Assembly: GCA_965217895.1 (NCBI GenBank)
Contig: CBDCJV010000002.1
Location: forward strand, 3,136,001 to 3,200,000
DNA length: 64,000 nucleotides
Reading direction: 5' to 3'
From: Waterburya sp.
Lineage (GTDB): Bacteria; Cyanobacteriota; Cyanobacteriia; Cyanobacteriales; Xenococcaceae
The notes under the pieces were generated by a model. The model did not search any database, was not told the DNA's origin, and was given only the letters and a program-made list of their open reading frames with translations. This document shows, one piece after another, positions 32,236-41,200 of this stretch. Within the stretch, counting starts at the first letter, position 1. Each line of letters starts with the position of its first letter. Position numbers and translations under genes: made by a program.

Positions 32236-32865
32236 TTATAACTTTATTCTGTAATAACCATGAAAAAAATTGCGATAATCTTGCTCATTAACTTTCCAAT
32301 CTCCAGATTTGTCAATATCCCATTCTTTATTTTTTATAAAGTAAATAAACTTATCAATCAACTCTTCAAAGGAGTTAGCTAATAATCTTTTCTCATCTTC
32401 ATCGCGACCAAATAGAATGACTTGTCCTTTAATGCCTCTAATATCAGGATCGAGATCAATGCCGACATGATTCCCTCCTCCGTCATGAACTAAAGGAATC
32501 CATTTATTGTTAGCGTATAAATTTTTAATATGATCTGGTGGATATGAGGACATATCTGCTGCCAATTCTTGATTCATTTCTACTTGAATATCGCTCCATG
32601 TTTGCCAGTTTCTAATAATTGATTCAATTGGCAAAAGCTCCCAGCCGAAAAACAATCCTGAAGACGCTTGATTATTGTTTTTACTAAAGGCTATTTCTCC
32701 GTCATGTGCTTGATAAAAAGAGAGAACTGATTGGGGCAGTTGCAATTGGGTAAGCGACTCTAAATTATCTATTGCTGAACTGCTTGCTCCATCATTTAGT
32801 TGAAAAAAACTCCATAAATTTTTATGTTTAAATATATTACTAATTTCTTGCCAATATTCTTGCAT
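32236..32865 (-). CDS. SMI1/KNR4 family protein
   Basis: LPQSVLSFYQAHDG and WIPLVHDGGGNHVGIDLDP...GQVILFGRDED. Confidence 0.85.
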   Translation of the reverse strand: MQEYWQEISNIFKHKNLWSFFQLNDGASSSAIDNLESLTQLQLPQSVLSFYQAHDGEIAFSKNNNQASSGLFFGWELLPIESIIRNWQTWSDIQVEMNQELAADMSSYPPDHIKNLYANNKWIPLVHDGGGNHVGIDLDPDIRGIKGQVILFGRDEDEKRLLANSFEELIDKFIYFIKNKEWDIDKSGDWKVNEQDYRNFFHGYYRIKL

Positions 32866-32876
32866 GATTAAATTAT

Positions 32877-33563
32877 TTATACTTTATTTTTACGTTGATA
32901 AATTAAGGGAATTACAGATAATAAAGCCAAGAAAGTAAGAGCGAGAAAAAGCGAAAGGCGATTGCCTCCAGACATAGCTTCTTCGCCACTGACTCCAATC
33001 CATGTATATGCCAAACAACCAGGTATCACGCCGATAAAAGTAGCGAAAGTATAGTCAAGCCAATTAATAGAAGTTAAGCCAAATAAATAATTGACTAAGT
33101 TGTAAGGAGAAATAGGAATTAAGCGAGTGATTAAAACAAAAGAAAAAGGTCGTTTTAAAACTGCTTTTTGATATTTCGTTAGTCTTTTGCTTTTTTTAAA
33201 CTTACGTTGAGCAAAATCTTGAAATAGATAGCGCGCAGTTAGAAAGGCAAATAAAGCTCCCAAGGTAGCACTAATAATTGAGATAAAAGTACCATACCAC
33301 AAGCCAAAAAGACAACCGCCAACAATAGTTAAAATTGTCCCAGGAACACCGATTATTGTTAACCCAGTATAAATAGCAATAAATATAATTTCTATATGCC
33401 CTTCATATTGGCTGATAAAGTTTTTAAATAAAGTCGGATTGAGAAAAGTTTGCAAGGGCGTAAAAACACAAAGCAGGAAAAATGCTAATAAAGCGATCGC
33501 AATTATTATTGTCTTTTTGGAAACTGCTATTTTTTTAAACCCAAGGCTAATCTTTTTGAGCAT
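32877..33563 (-). CDS. TVP38/TMEM64 (DedA/VTT) membrane protein
   Basis: Motifs VPGTILTIVGG, RLIPISPYNLVNY and GVIPG. Confidence 0.88.
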   Translation of the reverse strand: MLKKISLGFKKIAVSKKTIIIAIALLAFFLLCVFTPLQTFLNPTLFKNFISQYEGHIEIIFIAIYTGLTIIGVPGTILTIVGGCLFGLWYGTFISIISATLGALFAFLTARYLFQDFAQRKFKKSKRLTKYQKAVLKRPFSFVLITRLIPISPYNLVNYLFGLTSINWLDYTFATFIGVIPGCLAYTWIGVSGEEAMSGGNRLSLFLALTFLALLSVIPLIYQRKNKV

Positions 33564-33573
33564 TATTTAATGT

Positions 33574-34566
33574 TTAAACTAGAGAACCGCCACAACTTGA
33601 GCCTGTTCCTGCTGTACACCCATAGCAGTAGTTTGCTGTCTTTATTTCTTTGATTACGTCTAAGTTATTTAGTTCTAAAAGTTTAGCAGCGGTTAATTGT
33701 TCTCGATCGGGAGTAGTAGCTTTAACATTTTCCATTTGGTTAAAGTCGCAATCATAAACGTTACCAAGATAGTCAATCGATAGCTCATTACGACACATAA
33801 CATGGCTTAGAGTAGCAGCATTATAATTACTTTCTAAAAATTGCAGATAGTCATTATGAATTTCTCTTTTTTGTAAAAATTGTTTGGTTCTACCAATGGG
33901 TATATTGGTAATAGTAAATAGATTATTAAATTTGATTTTAAAATGTTTTGCTAGATAGTTTTTGTAGTCCTGTTTTAGATTATGTTGTTCAGGTGTAAGA
34001 GAAAAATTAGTGTTAGTAGGTAGAGGGGGATTGTAAACCAAATCGATAATTAAATTAGGATCTTTTCCATAACCTAATTGATTTAACTTTTGAATTGCAC
34101 GAATCGAATCATTATATACTCCTGCTCCTCTTTGTTTGTCCACATTTGATTCAAGATAGCAGGGAAGAGAAGCAGTAACGCGAAGTTGGTTTCGAGCAAA
34201 ATATTCGGGCAAATCTTCGTATCCAGGCTCAAAAAAGATAGTCAAATTAGAACGAACAATAACCTCTTTATTTTTAGCCTTAGCTGCCTCTACTAACGGA
34301 CGAAATCCATAGTTCATCTCTGGCGCACCACCAGTCAAATCAACTGTTTCAATCTGAGGAAAACGATTAATTAATTCGATTAGCTGTTCACATATTTCGG
34401 GGGATAATTCCTCTGTACGTTTAGGACTTGCTTCAACATGACAATGAGTACAGGCTAAGTTACATTTTCTACCAAGATTAATTTGTAAAACCGTTATTTT
34501 ATCTTTAGCCAGAGGTGATTCTATTTTTTTATAAAAGGGGGTAATAGAAGTTTTAGTTGTAGACAT
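33574..34566 (-). CDS. arsS: Arsenosugar biosynthesis radical SAM protein ArsS
   Basis: CNLACTHCH, DLTGGAPE, YDCDFNQM and C-terminal CYGCTAGTGSSCGG; near an arsM-like gene. Confidence 0.9.
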   Translation of the reverse strand: MSTTKTSITPFYKKIESPLAKDKITVLQINLGRKCNLACTHCHVEASPKRTEELSPEICEQLIELINRFPQIETVDLTGGAPEMNYGFRPLVEAAKAKNKEVIVRSNLTIFFEPGYEDLPEYFARNQLRVTASLPCYLESNVDKQRGAGVYNDSIRAIQKLNQLGYGKDPNLIIDLVYNPPLPTNTNFSLTPEQHNLKQDYKNYLAKHFKIKFNNLFTITNIPIGRTKQFLQKREIHNDYLQFLESNYNAATLSHVMCRNELSIDYLGNVYDCDFNQMENVKATTPDREQLTAAKLLELNNLDVIKEIKTANYCYGCTAGTGSSCGGSLV

Positions 34567-34623
34567 TTTGATTACTATTTACTGTCGATCTATATTTCAC
34601 GAAGATGAGACTAACTACTAAAT

Positions 34624-35259
34624 TTATTTGGGTAATAAAAAATATGCAATACCACTCAAAATTGCTGCAATAGGTAAAGTTAATATCCATGAACTAAGAA
34701 CTTTGGAAAACATTCCTAAATTAGCAGTTTTAGAAACTACACCTACACACCAAGCCTTTTCTATTTTTAAAACGGTGCGAAAATAGTGTAATAAACTATA
34801 CAAAACAATCCCTAATATTATGGCAATTAAAGGACTAACCAAAAGAGGAATAAAAAATGATTTTCCTAAAGCTGTAAAATTCAATTGAGTACCGATCGCA
34901 GCTAGTCCAGCCCCCGTTAATGCCCCCGTGATTCCGTGAGTAGTAGAAATAGGAAACCCAGTCACAGTGGCGAGAATGACGGTTAAGGCTGCGCTTAAAG
35001 CCACTGCCAAATGAAATGACCCCGTATCGGCGATCGCATCAGGAACTAATCCTTTACCTGAGAAGTTTTCTAGTAGGGCATTAGCTAGAATTATCGAACA
35101 AATAGAACCAGCAAAAGTAGTCAAAGTTGCCCACCAAATAGCAACTTTATAGCTAGTTGTCTGACTGCCAAATAATGTTGCTACTCCCTTAAAATTATCG
35201 TTCGCCCCATTAGCATAAGCTAAAAAAACCGTCGCCAAAAAAATAGTAAAAGTCCACAT
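34624..35259 (-). pseudogene. PiT/PHO4 inorganic phosphate transporter with an apparent in-frame internal deletion
   Basis: N-terminal GANDN and PISTTH are present. The second PHO4 repeat is missing: KAWCV is joined directly to GVVSKTANL...SWILTLP, giving only 211 aa. Confidence 0.65.
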
Positions 35260-35406
35260 AATTACTGATTATCTACTAGATGAAACTATTTGGTGGGCAA
35301 AAAATAGCAAAAAATAGTTTTGTATTTTACCTACTAATAAGTTTTTGTTGCCCACCCTACAATGTTTAATGCTTAAAATTATCGTTCGCCCCTAGCTGTT
35401 CACTGA

Positions 35407-36612
35407 TTAACAACACTCTCCTGGAGAACAACAATCATCATTGCTAATATCTGTTAGGTTATATTCTGAACCTTTAGTTTCTCTGGCATGACGAATTGCC
35501 TTAGTTTTGCAGTTAAAATCTTGCGCGTCTTCTAAAGGAATACTCTCACAAGGTGCAATACCGATAACATCATCTGTATAAGGACTACAGCAGCTAGTCA
35601 TAATCTTATAGGTCTTATCGCAGACAGCCATTCTTTCTCCACGACAGAAAACATGACCATCATCATCTACAACCTGTTTCCAAGGGCCTTTATAAACTAT
35701 TGACTGCTTTCTTTCTAGACAAATCCCTTCCTTGCCTTTGTATGCCCGAACAGTCATAGAACGAAATTCTACGCCATCGATAACCTGCCAGGGGCTTTCT
35801 TCACGCTTGAGGATTTCTACGCCATAGAAACCTGCATCTTCAAACATCTTGAGAAAGTTGTCTTCTCTAAATGCCCCTGCAATACAGCCACTCCAAAGTT
35901 CGGGATCGTTGAGGATCGTAGGAGTAGGATCTTCATCACATACAATATCCGAAATCACTGCCCGACCACCACACTTAAGAACACGAAAGATTTCGCTAAA
36001 TAGCTGTTTTTTGTCTTGGGGACGAACAAGATTTAAGACACAGTTGGAAATTACCACATCTACACTATTATCGGGAATAAGAGGCTCTTGTTGTCTGAGG
36101 CGATCGCATTCTGCTTCATATTCGGCAATCTTGGCTACTGAGGTAACAGGATTTGCTTGTAACCATATTTGTAACTTATCTAAAGGTAATTTTAAATCTT
36201 GAATTTTACCTTTGACAAATTCCGTGTTGTGATAGCCTAACTTATTTGCCATCTCGCCCTGATATTTCCGCGCCAGATCGAGCATCACCTCGTTAAAGTC
36301 TACGCCGATAATTTTGCCTTTTGCAGCAACTTTTTGCGCCAAAATATAGCAATTTTTACCTGCACCCGAACCTAAGTCAACTACAGTCTCTCCCTCATTG
36401 ACATAGCGAGTAGGATCGCCACAGCCATAATCCTTGGCAATAATTTCTTTGGGCAGTATTTCTGTATAGTTTCCCTCATACTCTGTGGGACAACATAAAC
36501 TAGGCTGCTGTTGTCTTGCACCCTCTTGATATCTTTCTAGTACGGTAGATTCAATATCATAATCTAGGGTGGTTGATGGAGTTGGCTGTTGGTCAGTTGC
36601 AATCTCAGTCAC
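35407..36612 (-). CDS. arsM: Arsenite methyltransferase ArsM-like protein
   Basis: LCCP, YGCGDP, VDLGSGAG, SNCVLNL, WSGCIAGA and a Cys-rich C-terminus; upstream of arsS. Confidence 0.8.
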   Translation of the reverse strand: MTEIATDQQPTPSTTLDYDIESTVLERYQEGARQQQPSLCCPTEYEGNYTEILPKEIIAKDYGCGDPTRYVNEGETVVDLGSGAGKNCYILAQKVAAKGKIIGVDFNEVMLDLARKYQGEMANKLGYHNTEFVKGKIQDLKLPLDKLQIWLQANPVTSVAKIAEYEAECDRLRQQEPLIPDNSVDVVISNCVLNLVRPQDKKQLFSEIFRVLKCGGRAVISDIVCDEDPTPTILNDPELWSGCIAGAFREDNFLKMFEDAGFYGVEILKREESPWQVIDGVEFRSMTVRAYKGKEGICLERKQSIVYKGPWKQVVDDDGHVFCRGERMAVCDKTYKIMTSCCSPYTDDVIGIAPCESIPLEDAQDFNCKTKAIRHARETKGSEYNLTDISNDDCCSPGECC

Positions 36613-36852
36613 AGGTGGCTATCCTTTTACTTAACTTTGGCTATATACAGGTTAATCGTAGGGAGTATAGATTCAATCCTTCTTAGTAGATAAATTACTC
36701 CCTGATGATTTAATTTTTTATGTTCTGTTATTCTCTATTATTTAAGTTAACTGAGATTAAAACTTCCTGAGAATATACTTTGGTAAATCTAAAGCTTTTT
36801 CCGTAATTTTGCCATCTTTAATTGGAAATTCTCTATCAAAGGATGATTGATG

Positions 36853-37461
36853 CTAAATATATTTTTGCCATATAGCTAAATCTTCAGGGCGATCCACATC
36901 TGATAAAGTTTTAAGATAATAAGTGTTTAAATTTAATTGAGTGGCGATCGCTTTTGTCTGATTTAGTACTCGATCTGTTCCCCAATTTATATTTGCAAAC
37001 AGTTCGGGTCTAGTACGGTTTAAGCCAATTAAATAATATCCGCCATCGGTTGCCGAGCCTATTACTAAATCTAGATCCGACAATGAATTAAAAGCTGCTT
37101 CTAATATTGCTCGATCAATATCAGGACAGTCAGTACCAATAGTTACGACTCTTTTGCTTCCTAAACTGAAAGCTCGCTCAAACGCCGATCGCATTTTATC
37201 ACCCAAATCTCCTCTAACCTGGGGAATATATTCGAGATCTTTTCCTAACCATTCTGCTATTAGTTGTTTATTCCCTCCTGCAAAATGTACTTCTATGGTA
37301 ATGTCACGGTAAGACTTGAGATTTCTTGCAGTGTTGAGAGTATGTTCGCTCATCTGTCGCTGTAATTCTGCTGCACCTTCTGCATCCAAAGCTGGAATCA
37401 TACGAGTTTTTGTTTTTCCCGCTTCAGGATAGCGACTAAAAATAATTAAAGTTTCCCTCAT
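36853..37461 (-). CDS. TIGR04282-type (DUF2064) arsenosugar-associated glycosyltransferase
   Basis: Motifs PEAGKTKTRM, GDLGDKM, IGTDCP, DGGYYLIG and LSDVDRPEDL. Confidence 0.85.
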   Translation of the reverse strand: MRETLIIFSRYPEAGKTKTRMIPALDAEGAAELQRQMSEHTLNTARNLKSYRDITIEVHFAGGNKQLIAEWLGKDLEYIPQVRGDLGDKMRSAFERAFSLGSKRVVTIGTDCPDIDRAILEAAFNSLSDLDLVIGSATDGGYYLIGLNRTRPELFANINWGTDRVLNQTKAIATQLNLNTYYLKTLSDVDRPEDLAIWQKYI

Positions 37462-37530
37462 GAAATAAGCGGTAATAGGCAGTTGTATAAAAGTCAGTTA
37501 AGGGCGTACAGAAGTCAAAAGTCATACTAA

Positions 37531-39062
37531 TAGGACTTACGCACTCGCCCCCTAAATCCCCCAAGTTTGAGGTAGGGCTGTTTCATTCTCTAAAAAAGAA
37601 ATGCGATCGCGAATAAATCTATTCACTACACCTATCAGTGACACAAAGAAAGTAATAATGGCAAATTATAGCTTAAATAACTGATTGCCTCAGTCATAGA
37701 ATCGAAACCATGAACTCTCAGTAGGTTAATAACCCAACTTTTAATCAAAGAGATGTTTGTGGATGCTTTGCCGTGAAGTTGAGGGCTGTTATCTTCTTTC
37801 GTTACGACATCCTTAAACGGCACTCAATACGGCGACGCAGGTTCGCCGTCCGTACCTCCCCAATGCCAACGATTCTCGATACCCCAATGTCGGCCAATAC
37901 CTTGGGGAATAAGCCAAGAAGTTGCTGTTCACAAGTAGCAGATAACAAGTAGCGCAGCCTGGAGGCTGCCGACGTTGCTCCGCAACGGCCAGACGCGAAG
38001 CGCGTCTGCAAGTTCAACCTCTGCCACAGCAAGCAAAGCTTGCAAAGTCGTCGAAGACGACGACATGGAGCGATAGCTCCTGTGTCAGACAAAGGGCTTG
38101 CCCGCATGTATTCAAGAGTTGAATTATTTTTTCACCTTTTCCTCATCAATGAAGAGGCTGCATATCCAACTTCGGAGTTTTTCTTAATTGCTATCTGCTA
38201 TTTGCACACGCTGGAGCGTGTCGCCATCGCGAAGCGATGTCGGCGTTCTCCAGAACGCGCTACTTGCTACTTAACTCCGAAGGAGTTGGGTAAAGAACTA
38301 ATATAATAAGTCGCCGAATCCGATTCGTAATCGTGATTACCTCTTGTTGGCGAACGGAAAATTTTGATGATACTATGAACTCCAACTCATTGAGAATCAA
38401 TGTTTGATGGAGGAGCCAATACTTCTACAGTTCGATGAGTTAGTCGATTTCTCGTCTTCTCGATCTGCTCAAAGCAACTAATCGCCTTTGTACTTGTTGC
38501 TTGAAATTCAACAGCGGAGTGGAATAAGCGCGGGAAACCCACGCATTTCCTCCGCTCAATTTGTCGATGTAATGTTTTTTGATTTCTTTTAACCACAATT
38601 AGGTAGTTATTACCACTGTCGATAATTGCTGAGACTGTTTTTTTTGACAATGTAGAGCATCCATCGTGAACACCACTCCTTTTAAATGCAGCAATTCTAA
38701 TAAGTCTTGCACGGCGACAATCTCACTTTGTTTCTTATTTTCCCTAACTTTTATGCCTAAAATTTCCCCGCCTTCATGAGTCAAAGCCGAAACCATCATG
38801 ACGAAGTTTTGCTGTTGTCCATAACAGTCGTTGACAGTATTTTTCAAACTTTTGCCATCAATTGCAATCCATTCACCTGCTTTTCGCTCATCAGGTATTT
38901 GTTTCAAATAGTCAATTAAGCTTTTATTCCAGTCTTTTAAAGTCATTGAGCGGTTAAATTAGGTTTTATATCAATTTACCGCACTTTAGCTCTAGAATGA
39001 AACAGCCCTACCCAAACTTGGGGGGCTAGGGGGGCAAAACTCGTTAAACTGCGTAAGTCTTA
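37531..39062. mobile_element. Outer MITE-like element with TAGGACTTACGCA / TGCGTAAGTCTTA ends, hosting the ISAs1 relic
   Basis: 13-bp inverted repeats with one mismatch at 37531-37543 and 39050-39062. The inner ccccctaaatccccca / tggggggctagggggg arms are split by the IS. Confidence 0.6.
37572..39011 (-). mobile_element. ISAs1-family insertion sequence, degenerate
   Basis: Perfect terminal inverted repeats GTAGGGCTGTTTCATTCT. Transposase fragments IAIDGKSL, FTMDALHCQKK, VKRNQKTL and HWGIENR.HW..KDVVTKED carry an N-terminal deletion, a stop and insertions. Confidence 0.88.
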
Positions 39063-39109
39063 ACTAGTTAAATACTAGACTGTTACCAGAGAGAATAATT
39101 AAATTAAAA

Positions 39110-39964
39110 GTGAACTTTTATCTTGGCTGTGCAGTTTGGTCATATAAAGATTGGGTAGGTAACTTGTATCCTCCTAAAAGCCAACCGCGAGATTTTTTAA
39201 AGCTATATAGCCAGCGTTTTACTACGGTAGAAGGAAATACGACTTTTTATGCTGTTCCTTCAGAAGCAACAGTAAAAAAATGGGTGGCACAAACTCCCGT
39301 TGGTTTTAAACTATGTCCTAAGCTAAATCGCCATATTACTCATCAAGGTTTGTTATCTCCTTATATATCTCATGCCTTGAGTTTTTTAGAGAGAATTTCT
39401 GGTTTAAACGATCGCTTGGGGACAACATTTATCCAGCTACCTCCTAGCTATAGTCCAGAAAATTTTGCTGATTTAAGCGAGTTTTTGACCGCCTGTAGCC
39501 AGTCTAATTTATCTTTGGCTTTGGAAGTGCGACACTTAGATTGGTTTAAACAGCAGTATAGCGATCGCCTTAATTCTTTGCTGGCAGAATTAAACATAGC
39601 CAGAACTCTACTTGACACTCGCCCTATCTACAATTGTCCAGACGATCCCCAAATTAATTCCCTCAGAAAGAAACCTGATGTTCCTCTTCAGCAGGTAGTT
39701 ACGGGAAACACTGCTTTTGTCCGTTTTATTAGCCATCCCGATTCGCAATACAATCAGGCTTATCTAAAACAGTGGGCAGCTAACTTAAATAACTGGTTAT
39801 GTCAAGGGAAAACAGTTTATTTTTTCGTTCATTGTCCCCAAGAAGTGCGATCGCCTGATACTGCTAAGTATTTTTACTCTTTATTAAAGGCTTATAACTT
39901 TGATATTCCTGCTTTGCCATGGAATAAGCTTGATCCCCATCCTACGCAATTAAGTTTGTTTTGA
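39110..39964 (+). CDS. DUF72 family protein
   Basis: Motifs GCAVWSYKDW, VEGNTTFY, QLPPSY and EVRHLDWF. Confidence 0.88.
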   Translation: MNFYLGCAVWSYKDWVGNLYPPKSQPRDFLKLYSQRFTTVEGNTTFYAVPSEATVKKWVAQTPVGFKLCPKLNRHITHQGLLSPYISHALSFLERISGLNDRLGTTFIQLPPSYSPENFADLSEFLTACSQSNLSLALEVRHLDWFKQQYSDRLNSLLAELNIARTLLDTRPIYNCPDDPQINSLRKKPDVPLQQVVTGNTAFVRFISHPDSQYNQAYLKQWAANLNNWLCQGKTVYFFVHCPQEVRSPDTAKYFYSLLKAYNFDIPALPWNKLDPHPTQLSLF

Positions 39965-40041
39965 TTTTTTTAATTGTAAAAAATTGTAAATTTATAGCAG
40001 AATAGAGAAATATCAAGTTTTATTAAACGTATAATTGTTTT

Positions 40042-40180
40042 GAATAGAGAAGAAAGTTTACTTTGAATTACTTTGAGCTAGCTAATTCTCAATTTACGAC
40101 TCGATCAAGATATTGCTTAACAGTTCTATAAAAACGATGTTAGGGGTGTTGTTTGGCTGACGACATCCCTAAATTTTTTT
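40042..40180 (+). ncRNA. Putative small RNA, copy 1 (5' end approximate)
   Basis: TATAAT at 40030, a conserved core ATTTACGACTCGA..ATATTGCTTAAC, and a terminator hairpin with T-run shared with copy 2. Confidence 0.55.
40140..40180 (+). terminator. Rho-independent terminator
   Basis: 13-bp stem TTAGGGGTGTTGT/ACGACATCCCTAA followed by a T-run. Confidence 0.75.
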
Positions 40181-40366
40181 GATGACCTTGTAGAAAATCT
40201 TGAGGCAAAACTCAAAAGCAGACATTGTAAGAATCTACCTTTAGCAAAAGTTTAAAAAACTTAACATTAGCCCAACCTTCGTGGCAGTCAGCAATTCAAA
40301 CCCCTAAATATCTTTATGATTTTTCAGGAGAATGATAAAGTTTGGAGATCGGCGTAAAATAGAGAA

Positions 40367-40510
40367 TATTATAGACTCATTAACAGCAAGAGTTCTAGGT
40401 GGCACTAGTAACTCTAATATTGATTTACGACTCGACTCAAATATTGCTTAACGATTCTATATGGTTGGTATTAGGGGTGTTGTTTGGCTGACAACGCTCC
40501 TAATTTTTTT
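40367..40510 (+). ncRNA. Putative small RNA, copy 2 (5' end approximate)
   Basis: TAAAAT at 40355, a 5' hairpin agagttctag..ctagtaactct, and the same core and terminator as copy 1. Confidence 0.55.
40471..40510 (+). terminator. Rho-independent terminator
   Basis: Stem TTAGGGGTGTTGT/ACAACGCTCCTAA followed by a T-run. Confidence 0.75.
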
Positions 40511-40657
40511 GTTTTACGAGCAATTTAAGTTCTTGTAACTAAAATATAGGTTAATTGTAAACTCAACTTCCTGTCTTCAGTAAATATACTAGTTTTTTCA
40601 ACTAATTTGGCTTGTTTATTTTAAAGTTTTGATGAACTTTTCCGTAATTTAGCTTAT

Positions 40658-41179
40658 TTACTTTATCTTAACTTCATTAAACTGAGCAGAAAGACCAGTA
40701 ATGCTGGTTTGTTCGTACTTTTCAAAAGGTTGATGAATCCAAGGATTATCAGGCAGATAGTCAACATAATAATCAGGTATTTTTATCGACGTACTTTTGT
40801 ACCAAATTACAGCAGTGCGAATGTCTACTATGCTTGCACCATATTTTGTAGTCAGCCAGTTCAAAGATTCGGCTAAACTAACCCCAGAGTCAACCAAATC
40901 ATCTACCAGCAAAATGCGATTACCTAAAGGTTGAATCGTCGCCAGATGTTCAGAAAACTTAATTTGACCGCGCTGTTGATTATTGTCTCCCCCATAAGAA
41001 GCAGTAGAGAGAATGGCTAATGGTTGGTCATATAGCCGACAAAGAATATCTCCCACTCTCAAACCACCTTTTGCCAAGCACACAATTTGATTAAACTGCC
41101 AATCTGACCGATATATCTTGACAGCCAGAGTTTCGATTTTATGATGATATTCTGACCATGTAATGTGTAAATCTGTCAT
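40658..41179 (-). CDS. Purine phosphoribosyltransferase (type I PRTase)
   Basis: LAKGGL, the PRPP loop ILLVDDLVDSGVS, and WIHQPFE. Confidence 0.88.
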   Translation of the reverse strand: MTDLHITWSEYHHKIETLAVKIYRSDWQFNQIVCLAKGGLRVGDILCRLYDQPLAILSTASYGGDNNQQRGQIKFSEHLATIQPLGNRILLVDDLVDSGVSLAESLNWLTTKYGASIVDIRTAVIWYKSTSIKIPDYYVDYLPDNPWIHQPFEKYEQTSITGLSAQFNEVKIK

Positions 41180-41200
41180 GAAAATAGGAATTTAAAGTAA

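Noticed and set aside
37802..38306. ORFs 37802-38107 (-) and 38040-38306 (+), or a possible group II intron
   Set aside because: They span GC-rich hairpin inserts. No RT motifs or domain V sequence were recognised.
40332..40451. 39-codon ORF (MIKFGDRRK...LRLDSNIA) overlapping sRNA copy 2
   Set aside because: AGGAG is only 1 nt from the ATG. The equivalent frame in copy 1 has an upstream stop and no start, and no frame has a start in both copies.
40092..40510. Repeat pair as a CRISPR array or riboswitch
   Set aside because: Only two long copies, 331 bp apart, with no cas genes. No same-strand gene lies downstream to be regulated.
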